A stretch of 64,000 bases of DNA, taken from contig JBAZLK010000001.1 in the NCBI GenBank assembly GCA_041650335.1, positions 100,940-164,939 on the forward strand, read 5' to 3'. The stretch's first letter is position 1. Each line of letters starts with the position of its first letter. Below the pieces are notes generated by a model. The model was not told where the DNA came from. It ran no database searches and was given only the letters and a program-made list of their open reading frames with translations. This document shows, in pieces, positions 1 to 11,067 of the stretch. The DNA is from Patescibacteria group bacterium (GTDB lineage Bacteria > Patescibacteriota > Patescibacteriia > JAHIZJ01). The position numbers and the translations under genes were made by a program.

Positions 1-221
1 GAAACAGTGATTCACTATATCCAAAATAATACCGTCAAAGCGGCGTTGCCGGACAAATATCGACGAAAGCCGTATCAATATGTCGATTGGGTAGCGATCG
101 AGGAGATAATCGGGTAATTGCCATTATTGACTTCCAGGGACGACGATGGTACACATAAGCCGCCGTCCGATAGCCGGATGGCGTGATCGTTCACATTTTC
201 CCAAGGGAGGGACTGAATCCC

Positions 222-2123
222 ATGAAGACTCAATCGTCTTCTCAAGTCGGTCGTCTCGCGGCCATGGCCTGTTTTCTGTTCATCGTTTTTGGGCTGGGGC
301 TGGTTTCCACGCCGGTCTGGGCGCTGACCTGGACGCCGGACCTGCGCCTTTCTACCCCACCCGATTCGATCGGTGTCTCGCCGGCAATCGCCAGCGGGCA
401 GAATGGTGAGGTGCATGTGGTGTGGGTTGGATTGCCCGGAGACGGATGTCACCTCAACTACAAGCGCTGGGACGGGACCGCGTGGTCGGAGACCCAGGAG
501 TTGGCCTTCAGCCAATACGGCCTTGAACGTCCGGCGATAGCCGTTGACTCGCAAGGCAATGTCCATGTTGTGTTTGACGGGTACATCAATATCGGGGAAG
601 AGCGTGGGATCTACTATACGCGATGGGATGGGGTTTCATGGAGCCAGGTCTATCTGATCAGTGAGGATGAGACAGGGGGACTGGATGCCTCCATCGCAGC
701 AGACATCAATGGGAACGTGCATGTTGTATGGTATGGATTGGACATCTACTACAAACGCTGGGACGGATCGTCGTGGATGCTGACCGAGCAGCTCAACGAT
801 CAGCACTATTACACCTCAATCGATCCCTGTTTGACCGGAGATGCAAACGGCGATCTGCATGTGGCATGGATTACGTGGTTGGGCTATAACCAGCCTCGTC
901 AGATCTATTACAAACGTTGGAATGGAGAGTCTTGGTCGGCGGATTCGCTTCTCGTTGACACACCAGGGGCGGAGTCGCCAGCTCTCGCTCCCGATGCATC
1001 TGGCAATAGCTACCTGACTTGGATTGACGGCCGCCACGGCCTTGCAGAAATCTACTGCAAACGGTGGGATGGGGCAGCGTGGGCTGAAGACGAGCTGGTG
1101 TACTCTGGCTGGTCGTTCGTACTGCAGCATCCGACCATCACTGTCAGCGATTACGGCATTGTTCACGTCGCCTGGACCCAATACCCTAGCGGAGGCGGGG
1201 ATTCGCAGCTTCTCTACAAACTCTGGAACGGACAGGAGTGGGAGCCCGAACGGACTCTTGCAACCGGCCCGTTTTCCCTGAGCGGCGCGGCGCTGGCTAC
1301 TGATACCTATGGTAACGTCCACCTCGTATGGCAGGACGGCCGTCACTACAACCCCACCATCTACCACAAGATGCGCAAACACTGCCTGGACGGCGATGAG
1401 TACGAAGACTGCCGTTGGTACGCGCCTGATCGGCTGTTCTACGCGCGCTTTTCAGCCGACGCCGACACGTTATCCCAACCGCCGGGCGTGCCGGTCTTCT
1501 ACGACTCGACACGGGTGACGATCAGCCGCGGCCCGAACGATCGGTTCTATGTCTCGGGCGAACAGTACGCGTTGGCGGACTGGATCTGCGACGACAAGCT
1601 CTACATCGACGGGGTTGATGCCGGGCTGGGATTCGCGGGGGTGGTTGACTCTGCTCTCACGCTCTGCCAGCCGATCGAGAACGTTCTGGTGCCGGTGTCG
1701 CCTCGAGACGTGACCAGCTACATCCCCGAGGGCCAGAACTGTGTTACCTTCAAGCTGGCCGACACCCAGCGCACAATCCTGGGCAACACACAGATCTACT
1801 TGGTTCGGCAGGATGTGTCCGGCGTGGCTGACGGTGGCGCGCGGGTCAGCCCGACGCTTTCCGTGTCGCCGAATCCAACCCAGCTATCGGCGCTATTCGA
1901 GCTGAGCGTTCCGGCCACCGGCCAGTACGCCCTGACCATCTATTCGGTTGACGGCCGGCTGGTACGTTCATACCCGGAGGTGAGGCTGACGGCCGGCGAA
2001 CAGCACCACTGGACCTGGGACGGCCGTGATCAGCTCGGTGAAACGGCCGGGCAGGGGGTGTATTTCGGCGCGATCCGTTCGTCCGCCTGCCAGACGGTCA
2101 AGAAGTTGCTCATCGTCAGGTAG
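222..2123 (+). CDS. Secreted repeat protein: signal peptide, seven ~48-aa repeats (beta-propeller-like) and a C-terminal Por_Secre_tail/FlgD-Ig-like sorting domain
   Basis: A long ORF with a Shine-Dalgarno-like AAGGGAGGG motif upstream of the ATG at 222 (GTG alternative at 183). The N-terminus MKTQ...VWALTW looks like a signal peptide. A repeat unit GNVHVVW...YYKRWDG..W recurs seven times. The C-terminus (SPNPTQL..LTIYSVDGRLV..GVYF..KKLLIVR) matches the Por/T9SS-type sorting-tail pattern. Confidence 0.6.
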   Translation: MKTQSSSQVGRLAAMACFLFIVFGLGLVSTPVWALTWTPDLRLSTPPDSIGVSPAIASGQNGEVHVVWVGLPGDGCHLNYKRWDGTAWSETQELAFSQYGLERPAIAVDSQGNVHVVFDGYINIGEERGIYYTRWDGVSWSQVYLISEDETGGLDASIAADINGNVHVVWYGLDIYYKRWDGSSWMLTEQLNDQHYYTSIDPCLTGDANGDLHVAWITWLGYNQPRQIYYKRWNGESWSADSLLVDTPGAESPALAPDASGNSYLTWIDGRHGLAEIYCKRWDGAAWAEDELVYSGWSFVLQHPTITVSDYGIVHVAWTQYPSGGGDSQLLYKLWNGQEWEPERTLATGPFSLSGAALATDTYGNVHLVWQDGRHYNPTIYHKMRKHCLDGDEYEDCRWYAPDRLFYARFSADADTLSQPPGVPVFYDSTRVTISRGPNDRFYVSGEQYALADWICDDKLYIDGVDAGLGFAGVVDSALTLCQPIENVLVPVSPRDVTSYIPEGQNCVTFKLADTQRTILGNTQIYLVRQDVSGVADGGARVSPTLSVSPNPTQLSALFELSVPATGQYALTIYSVDGRLVRSYPEVRLTAGEQHHWTWDGRDQLGETAGQGVYFGAIRSSACQTVKKLLIVR

Positions 2124-2157
2124 GCTGGGGGTTCGGGCAGACCACCAGAATTCGCAC

Positions 2158-2180
2158 GCATGGAGAAATCCATGCTTTTT
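2158..2180 (+). terminator. Rho-independent terminator: GCATGGA-gaaa-TCCATGC followed by T5
   Basis: Perfect 7-bp stem with a GAAA tetraloop and a T-run, 35 nt after the stop codon of the preceding gene. Confidence 0.6.
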
Positions 2181-2433
2181 CATTTGCCAAAAAGCACCAG
2201 TGCAAACCCTGCGGGTTGTATAGGCATCTTAAAATCCTGACCCTCCGTGGTCGGGTACTCAAAATGTTTCGAAGGACCGAGCGCATGTTGGAAAACATAC
2301 GCTCGGTGCGTCCAGATCCCATCAATTCCACCGAGCGAACCCTTTCGAGGGTGCGCTCATCAAATACATCGTTCCTATGTGTACCGAAGCACAGAGGTAT
2401 TGGTATTTAATTAAATTGTTCCTAAGTCCGGTG

Positions 2434-2461
2434 TGACAAATATTAATAAGTTTGGTATAAT
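2434..2461 (+). promoter_or_regulatory. Sigma70-like promoter (GTGACA-N16-TGGTATAAT) ending 6 nt before the ATG at 2468
   Basis: Extended -10 box TGgTATAAT. The start codon lies about where the transcript start would be, so this is a leaderless candidate. Confidence 0.45.
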
Positions 2462-2467
2462 ATTCTC

Positions 2468-2887
2468 ATGGCATGGCCTCATCCAGGATCGCTGAAAGTA
2501 CGGCTCGTGGTGTACTGTGTAATCATCGCGGGTATCCTCACCGTGCTTTTTTTACGTGTTCGCTATGAACAAGCGCGCGCCCGAGATCTTCAGCGGATCG
2601 CGGATGCGTTGATCATCCGTGGCGCGTTTGAACGGATGTATCTGCACGATCGAGGCTATGCAGCGGCGGCTGATCACGGCTGCGACAAAACAGGCGTTTC
2701 CATCCGGCTCTGCAACCTGCGTACCTATTATCGGGAGATAAACGAACTCGTCGACCCGGGAAAACGGGAGTATGTTGTTACTCAAGTGCCAAGCGCGACG
2801 AATTACGAAGTTACATTCCAGCTTGAGCTTGACCACCCAGGCTTGGTAAAAGGGAGGCACACGATTACCGCCGACGGGATACGCTAG
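2468..2887 (+). CDS. Hypothetical membrane-anchored protein, 139 aa
   Basis: ORF with an N-terminal hydrophobic helix (VVYCVIIAGILTVLFL). No family recognised. Confidence 0.4.
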   Translation: MAWPHPGSLKVRLVVYCVIIAGILTVLFLRVRYEQARARDLQRIADALIIRGAFERMYLHDRGYAAAADHGCDKTGVSIRLCNLRTYYREINELVDPGKREYVVTQVPSATNYEVTFQLELDHPGLVKGRHTITADGIR

Positions 2888-2951
2888 GCGGGTAGATTTT
2901 TCTTGAAGCCGGCTTCCGCTCGTTTGCGAATCTGAAAAATAAACAACGTCA

Positions 2952-3707
2952 ATGATTGTTCTCACCACCCTCATCGTCTTCATCGTCGGGATCAGCATCG
3001 GGAGCTTTTTGAACGCGGTCATTTGGCGCCTCCATACGCAGGAAGGTTTTTTGCGCGGGCGGTCGTATTGTCCGAAATGTCGGGCAACGATTCGGGCCAA
3101 GGATCTCGTACCACTAGCCAGCTTTTTTCTCTTACGTGGCAAGTGCCGTGACTGCGGTAAGAAAATATCATGGCAATATCCGCTGGTCGAACTGGCGGCC
3201 GGTCTCGCCTTCGTTGCGTTGTTTCTGGTGTATGGTTTTACCGACGCCTTTTTCGTCTACGCGGTTGAGACCGCTTTCCTGATCATTGTTTTTGTTTTCG
3301 ATCTCAAGCATTATTTGATTCTTGATCGGGTCATGCTGCCGGCCGCCGTCGTTGGCCTGCTCGGCAGTCTTTTGCTCGGCGTGAATCCGGTCAAAATCCT
3401 GATCGGCGGTCTTGCCGGCGGCGCGTTTTTTCTGCTCCAATACCTCGCCTCACGCGGGAAATGGATCGGCGGCGGCGATATCCGTCTCGGCGCGGTCATG
3501 GGCTTGATGCTCGGGTGGGACAAATTACTGGTGGCGATGTTTATCAGTTATTTCGTCGGTTCGCTGGTCGGCCTTGCCTTAGTGGCGAGCCAGCGCAAGA
3601 ATTGGCAGAGCCGTTTGCCGTTTGGCGTATTTTTAAGCGCAGTCACGTTTCTGACCTTTATTTGGGGTGGTGATATTATCGCCTGGTATGTAAAATTCTT
3701 ATCATAG
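2952..3707 (+). CDS. pilD: Prepilin peptidase (A24 family, PilD/GspO-like)
   Basis: N-terminal Cys-rich motif CPKC..RDCGKKI, polytopic membrane body and catalytic Asp-containing segments; sits upstream of the pilin genes. Confidence 0.8.
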   Translation: MIVLTTLIVFIVGISIGSFLNAVIWRLHTQEGFLRGRSYCPKCRATIRAKDLVPLASFFLLRGKCRDCGKKISWQYPLVELAAGLAFVALFLVYGFTDAFFVYAVETAFLIIVFVFDLKHYLILDRVMLPAAVVGLLGSLLLGVNPVKILIGGLAGGAFFLLQYLASRGKWIGGGDIRLGAVMGLMLGWDKLLVAMFISYFVGSLVGLALVASQRKNWQSRLPFGVFLSAVTFLTFIWGGDIIAWYVKFLS

Positions 3708-3720
3708 TGTATAATTAGCA

Positions 3721-4344
3721 ATGATGAAATTGTTCGGGAAAAAGGGCTTCACGCTTATCGAAATGATTTCCGTCGTTGCGATCATTGGCATCTTAACGAC
3801 CGTTGGCGTCGTGGCATTTTTACGAAATCGTCAGTCGTCCGATCTTGAACGGAGTGCGTCGGAACTGGCCAGTAATATCAGAAAAATACAAGGCTACACT
3901 CGGGCGGGACGGAGCGAGGGTGGAAGCGTACCGCGCGCCTATGGTTTAATGATCGATCTGACCGCCGGTTCGACAGATCAGTACACACTCTACGCTGATT
4001 TTGGCACCACCGGTGATGATTTTTACTTCGAGCCGGCACCGACTGGGCCAGATATCCAGATTGATAATTTTACTCTGGCGTCAAATACACAGATTACAAA
4101 TGTTGAAATAAGCAATTTGCGGGAATCCTTCGGCCGCATTGATTTCGGTTTTTTTGCGCCCTCATCTGATTTAAAAGCGATGGGCACGAGCGTCGGCGGC
4201 ATCCCACCGGATGATTCGAGTATTTTTGACACCGGTCCGATTGAGGTAAAAATCACCATCACGCACGTGCAAGCCAACCGATCAAAAATCGTGCGGTTCA
4301 ACGGCGGCTCGCTTGGCGGCGCGACCGTGGAGGAGGGCTCATGA
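3721..4344 (+). CDS. Type IV pilin/pseudopilin-like protein with prepilin N-terminal motif
   Basis: KKGFTLIEM..VVAIIGIL prepilin cleavage/methylation motif; GspH/FimT-like size. Confidence 0.65.
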   Translation: MMKLFGKKGFTLIEMISVVAIIGILTTVGVVAFLRNRQSSDLERSASELASNIRKIQGYTRAGRSEGGSVPRAYGLMIDLTAGSTDQYTLYADFGTTGDDFYFEPAPTGPDIQIDNFTLASNTQITNVEISNLRESFGRIDFGFFAPSSDLKAMGTSVGGIPPDDSSIFDTGPIEVKITITHVQANRSKIVRFNGGSLGGATVEEGS

Positions 4345-5012
4345 TGGGGCTAATGACCAGAAAAAACCAGGCTGGCGTGACGCTGCTGGAGGTTGTCGTG
4401 GCGATCTTTGTCATTACGGTTGGCTTGATATCGGCGTTGGCCCTGATTATCTCAAGCATCACCGGCGCCCGGACGAGCAAGTATCAGCTGGCGGCCGGTA
4501 ACCTAGCCCGGCAGGCAATCGAAGTGGTGCGCGTCCAGCGCGACTCAAATTGGCTTGAGATTGAATCAGGCAGTCTCGACCCAGGTTTATGGGACCAAAA
4601 CCTCTCTGGAAACGGGATGATCTATACGGGAATAATAAATTTTCAGGACGATCCGGCGCTGGCCGATTATATGAAATGGACCATCTTCTATGATTCGACC
4701 TATAATTTTACTGATAACCCAGTGCAATTAAAAACGTACTTTGTCGACCATGGTTCTTGGAGAGTCTACAATCAATATACGCAGGCGAATCCGCCAGGGT
4801 TGACCGAGAGTGGTTTCCGGCTCGCCATGTCGACAAAGCCTATTTGCATCCTCAACGGAGTTGAATCAATGGTAGAAAATGGCTTCAGTTGTGAAACGAC
4901 GGTCCCGGCAAAAACGAAAATCGGCATCCAGATAAAGGCCACGGTAAAATGGATCGAGTCGGGGATTGAACGATCGTATGAACAAGAAGAGAAAATATAT
5001 AATTGGAAATAA
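4341..5012 (+). CDS. Minor pilin (PilV/GspI-like)
   Basis: N-terminal AGVTLLEVVVAIFVITVGL prepilin motif. Overlaps the previous gene by 4 nt. Confidence 0.6.
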   Translation: MMGLMTRKNQAGVTLLEVVVAIFVITVGLISALALIISSITGARTSKYQLAAGNLARQAIEVVRVQRDSNWLEIESGSLDPGLWDQNLSGNGMIYTGIINFQDDPALADYMKWTIFYDSTYNFTDNPVQLKTYFVDHGSWRVYNQYTQANPPGLTESGFRLAMSTKPICILNGVESMVENGFSCETTVPAKTKIGIQIKATVKWIESGIERSYEQEEKIYNWK

Positions 5013-5013
5013 G

Positions 5014-5655
5014 ATGCGCTGGCTTCGCGATAAAAAAGGATTGAGCTTAGTCGAAATGATCGTCGTGGTTGGGCTTTTTGGCATTTCCATGTCAGTCTCA
5101 ATGACGGTATTGGTGAATGCCTTGCAGAACCAGCGTTCGATTCGGGCGGAACAAAAAGTCATTAGTTCGGCGCGCGATGCGCTTGAGGTGCTCGCTCGGG
5201 AAATACGGCTCGGCTACATCGATTACGACACGCACTATACTGGCGGCGTACTCAACTCCGTCCAGGACAACCTCTGGGTAACAACCGGAAGCGGGGATAA
5301 CTATAATTTCCGGATAACCCAAGAGGCCGGGGGCGATCCGATTACCGGACAGCTCGTGGCCGATGATGGCATGGTGGCATCGCCGCTGAGCAGTACGGAT
5401 ATTCGAATTGATGCGATCAAATTTTATGTCCGGCCCGTCTCTGATCCCTACTATGTCTTTTCTTGTACCGACAGTAGCCAGTGCGATCCGAACGTGATAC
5501 CGGTGAAAGATCCGGGGATGTGTATCAACAACATTTGCGAATTAGAAGACCAGCAGCCCCGCGTGACGATTGTTTTAAACGCGACCAACCGCGGCCAAGG
5601 TTTTGCGAAAGTCGAGCTGCAAACAACCGTGGCCGTGCGTACATATAAACGGTAA
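5014..5655 (+). CDS. Minor pilin (PilW/GspJ-like)
   Basis: KKGLSLVEMIVVVGLFGI prepilin motif. The ATG at 5014 follows the upstream stop directly; the track ORF begins at 4966. Confidence 0.55.
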   Translation: MRWLRDKKGLSLVEMIVVVGLFGISMSVSMTVLVNALQNQRSIRAEQKVISSARDALEVLAREIRLGYIDYDTHYTGGVLNSVQDNLWVTTGSGDNYNFRITQEAGGDPITGQLVADDGMVASPLSSTDIRIDAIKFYVRPVSDPYYVFSCTDSSQCDPNVIPVKDPGMCINNICELEDQQPRVTIVLNATNRGQGFAKVELQTTVAVRTYKR

Positions 5656-5660
5656 CCGCT

Positions 5661-6476
5661 ATGGCACAGAAAAACCAAACCGGCATCAGTCTTGTTCTCG
5701 CCATCCTGATTATGGGCGCTGTTTCGGCGGTGGCCACGACCCTGTCGATTTTGATTATCAACGAGGTGGGAACAACGAAGGGTATAAACAACGCCATGAA
5801 AGCGTTCTATGCGGCTGAATCGGCGATTGAGCAAAGCACGTGGATCGTTCGCGAGGCCCGTCGTACCGGGATGACAATTGATGAAACCGTCACCCTGCTC
5901 AATCAGACGAACGCCGGTACCCTCGAAGACACGTCGGCAACGTGGGCGCGGCAAGCAACCGGTGAGAACCAGAGCATCACGGTGAGCTTACGTCAAGATG
6001 AGTCTGTCTTTCTCGATCTCTACAATCCGGAACCAACCGGCAATCCGCCATACAAAATACGCTGCGCATATCAAGAATATGGCACTGGAACTAACCTCGA
6101 AATTACCTGGTCGGGCTGGTCGGTCACAGATGGATTCTGTCCGGAAACGACCAAGGTGTTCGGCGTCCAATGTGACGGCACGACCTATCTAAACCTGGAC
6201 ACGCCGCTTACCTGCGGCAATCCAACCAGTTACCGGGTTCAATTGCGCGCTTTTGACGGGCCGGCGACGAACTTAACGCTGTCTATCTTTGATCTTAATC
6301 AAACTCCAATAGAAATTCCCAGCCAGGTAAAGATCATAGCCAATGGAACTTACCCGACCGGCAGCAGCCGTTCAGCCACCCAAGCGCTGCGGGCTGACGT
6401 TCAGTGGACTATGCCCGTATCCGGTCTATTTTCCTATGTTCTCTTTTCTGATCAACCACTCGAAAAGACCGAATAA
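5661..6476 (+). CDS. Minor pilin (PilX-like), 271 aa
   Basis: N-terminal GISLVLAILIMGAVSAV hydrophobic pilin-like helix; operon context. Confidence 0.5.
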   Translation: MAQKNQTGISLVLAILIMGAVSAVATTLSILIINEVGTTKGINNAMKAFYAAESAIEQSTWIVREARRTGMTIDETVTLLNQTNAGTLEDTSATWARQATGENQSITVSLRQDESVFLDLYNPEPTGNPPYKIRCAYQEYGTGTNLEITWSGWSVTDGFCPETTKVFGVQCDGTTYLNLDTPLTCGNPTSYRVQLRAFDGPATNLTLSIFDLNQTPIEIPSQVKIIANGTYPTGSSRSATQALRADVQWTMPVSGLFSYVLFSDQPLEKTE

Positions 6477-6497
6477 GAATGCCGGATTACCTGTTAA

Positions 6498-8543
<2,046 letters not shown>

Positions 8544-8561
8544 CAAAGTCGATAATTAAAC

Positions 8562-8587
8562 GATGACGAGAGTGGCTCATCTTTTTT
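8562..8587 (+). terminator. Hairpin GATGAcGAG-agtgg-CTCATC followed by T6, after ligA
   Basis: Inverted repeat followed by a T-run. Confidence 0.5.
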
Positions 8588-8759
8588 AATATCGGTGATT
8601 TTCTAAAAAGAAAAAGGAGCTTCATCACGTCGATCCAAGACAGGCATAGTGTTGCGTCGTCAGAAAAGGCTATTGGGTGAACGGTCCTCTTGCGATCTCT
8701 CTGTTGGATCTGAAATTCTGTTGTACCGGCGGCGAGAAAATGCTATGCTTTACGTATCT

Positions 8760-9047
8760 ATGACAGATTTTAATACTCGTGACATTGACCACCTGGCCGC
8801 CCTGGCCCGCCTGGAACTGTCCGAAGAAGAGAAAAAGCGTTTTGAAGGTCAGCTGGCCTCGATCTTAGCGTATGTGGAAAAACTTAACCAGGTTGATACG
8901 CATGAAGCCGCGCCGACCGCGCATGCGACCGGTCTGGTTACCGTCACCCGGAACGACAGCGTGCACGACGAAGGCAGACAGGCGGAGATATTGAAGGAGG
9001 CTCCGGCGATCGAAGGCAAGAACTATAAAGTCAAGTCAGTTTTTTAA
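8760..9047 (+). CDS. gatC: Asp/Glu-tRNA amidotransferase subunit C
   Basis: 96 aa, MTDF..IDHLAALARLELSEEEKKRF; the ATG at 8760 fits the conserved N-terminus (track ORF starts at 8649). Confidence 0.8.
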   Translation: MTDFNTRDIDHLAALARLELSEEEKKRFEGQLASILAYVEKLNQVDTHEAAPTAHATGLVTVTRNDSVHDEGRQAEILKEAPAIEGKNYKVKSVF

Positions 9048-9058
9048 ACGTTGGTTCC

Positions 9059-10519
9059 ATGGATTCTTTGTATTTAACAATCGAAGAAGCGCGGCGCGGT
9101 TTAGCCGAGAAAAAATATTCAAGTCATGAGCTTATCCAAGCGAGCCTTGATCGGATTTCGGCGCTGAATCCCAAGCTGAACGCCTTTTTAACAGTAACGG
9201 CCGAAACCGCCCTGGCGCAGGCAGACGAGATCGACGCGAAACGACTCCGGGGCGATCAGCTGTCGCCATTGGCCGGGCTGCCTTTGGCAGTAAAGGACGT
9301 CCTGGCAACCCGTGGCGTCCGTACGACCGCCGGCTCGAAGATACTCGAACAGTACATACCACCCTATACCGCCACTGCGGTTCAGCGGCTGTTTGATGCC
9401 GGCGCGATCATGGTCGGCAAGACGAACTGTGACGAGTTCGCCATGGGTTCATCCGGTGAATGGTCAGCCTATGGGCCGACCCGTAATCCCTGGAATACCG
9501 AACGCGTGCCGGGCGGTTCGTCATCCGGCTCAGCGGCGGCGCTGGCGAGCGGCATGTGTCTCTCCGCCTTGGGAACAGACACCGGCAGCTCGGTCCGACA
9601 ACCTGCTGGTTTTTGCAATCTCGTTGGACTGAAGCCCACCTATGGACGGGTGTCACGCTACGGTCTAATCGCCATGGCCTCGTCGCTTGATCAGGTCGGC
9701 ATTTTTGCCCGAACGGTTGAGGATAGCGCGCTCATCCTCGAAACCATCGCTGGCCATGACTCATTGGATTCGACCAGCGTGTCAAAAACGATTTTTGACC
9801 TCAAGGAAAGCCTCAAAGACGTACCGAAGGGGTTGCGGCTGGGCATTCCGAAAGAGTATTTTATTGACGGTTTGGATCCGGCGGTTGAAACGGCGATCCG
9901 AAAGGCGATTGAGGACCTCCGCGGCCTCGGCTTTACGATTGTCGACGTATCATTGCCCCATACACCGGATGCGCTGGCCGTGTACTATCTGATCATGCCG
10001 GCGGAAGCGTCGTCGAATTTGGCTCGATATGACGGGATCCGCTACGGTCTGTCGCTCGGCGATGAGGCAAAGGATCTCATTGATATATACCGGAAGACGC
10101 GAGCGGCTGGATTCGGGCCGGAGCCGAAACGCCGGATTATTCTCGGGACCTACGTATTATCGTCAGGGTATTATGATAAATATTATCTCAAAGCGCAAAA
10201 AGTCAGGAGTGTTATCATCCAGGAGTATAAAGACATATTCAAAACGGTTGATTGCCTGGTAACTCCCACTTCGCCAACCGTACCGTTCGTCATCGGCGAG
10301 CGGAAAGAAGATCCGCTGCAGATGTATCTCGCTGACATATTTACCGTGTCTGCAAACATTGTCGGTCTGCCAGCTATTTCGATCCCGGCCGGATTCAGCG
10401 ACGGATTACCGATTGGTTTGCAGCTGATCGGGCCTCATTTTCAAGAGCACCGACTCTATCAGGTTGCCCGAACCTATCAGGCGGCGACGTCGTGGCATCG
10501 GCAATATCCAGTCGGCTAA
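9059..10519 (+). CDS. gatA: Asp/Glu-tRNA amidotransferase subunit A (amidase signature)
   Basis: GGSSSGSAAALA amidase signature; 486 aa. Confidence 0.9.
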   Translation: MDSLYLTIEEARRGLAEKKYSSHELIQASLDRISALNPKLNAFLTVTAETALAQADEIDAKRLRGDQLSPLAGLPLAVKDVLATRGVRTTAGSKILEQYIPPYTATAVQRLFDAGAIMVGKTNCDEFAMGSSGEWSAYGPTRNPWNTERVPGGSSSGSAAALASGMCLSALGTDTGSSVRQPAGFCNLVGLKPTYGRVSRYGLIAMASSLDQVGIFARTVEDSALILETIAGHDSLDSTSVSKTIFDLKESLKDVPKGLRLGIPKEYFIDGLDPAVETAIRKAIEDLRGLGFTIVDVSLPHTPDALAVYYLIMPAEASSNLARYDGIRYGLSLGDEAKDLIDIYRKTRAAGFGPEPKRRIILGTYVLSSGYYDKYYLKAQKVRSVIIQEYKDIFKTVDCLVTPTSPTVPFVIGERKEDPLQMYLADIFTVSANIVGLPAISIPAGFSDGLPIGLQLIGPHFQEHRLYQVARTYQAATSWHRQYPVG

Positions 10520-10524
10520 TCCTA

Positions 10525-10553
10525 TTGCCAAATCATTTTACTCGTGGTATACT
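10525..10553 (+). promoter_or_regulatory. Promoter TTGCCA-N17-TGGTATACT
   Basis: Extended -10 motif TGGTATACT, which recurs elsewhere in the window. Confidence 0.45.
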
Positions 10554-10585
10554 AAAAAACGAATCACAATTAATGGTATTCGACA

Positions 10586-10975
10586 ATGGCACCGAATAAA
10601 CAGAATAGAAAGAAAGTCCTCCTGATTGAGGATGAAAAAATGCTTTCTTCGATGTACGCGACGAAATTTACGAAAGAAGGCTTTGATCTGATCCAGGCTT
10701 TTGACGGGGAAGAGGGACTGGAAAAAGCGACAACGGTAAATCCCGACATTATTCTGCTCGATATTATCATGCCGAAACTGGACGGATTTGTGGTCCTCAA
10801 AAAGCTCAAACAGGACGCGGCCCTGAAAAAATTGCCAGTCATACTTTTGACAAATCTAGGCCAAGATGAAGATATCAAAAAGGGCAAACAGCTTGGCGCC
10901 GATGATTATTTTATCAAAGCGAATCACACGCCTCAGGAAGTTGTTGATAAGGTGAGAACCTTTTTTGAAAAATAA
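10586..10975 (+). CDS. Stand-alone response-regulator receiver domain (CheY-like)
   Basis: LLIEDE...LLDIIMP..DG..K receiver signature; no adjacent histidine kinase. Confidence 0.8.
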   Translation: MAPNKQNRKKVLLIEDEKMLSSMYATKFTKEGFDLIQAFDGEEGLEKATTVNPDIILLDIIMPKLDGFVVLKKLKQDAALKKLPVILLTNLGQDEDIKKGKQLGADDYFIKANHTPQEVVDKVRTFFEK

Positions 10976-11067
10976 AACCGGTGCGTCAGTGGAAGCCCGG
11001 CCTAAATTGGTCGAGTTATTTTTATCGAAATAATTATTCATAAATTATTTTATACAAGCAGGGCATT

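Noticed and set aside
75-566. 163-aa minus-strand ORF at the window start
   Set aside because: It overlaps the signal-peptide and first repeats of the well-supported + strand secreted protein. It has no ribosome-binding site and a Pro/Arg-rich low-complexity translation.
2552-3142. 196-aa minus-strand ORF
   Set aside because: It is antisense to the 2468 gene and to the 5' end of pilD, and has no family resemblance.
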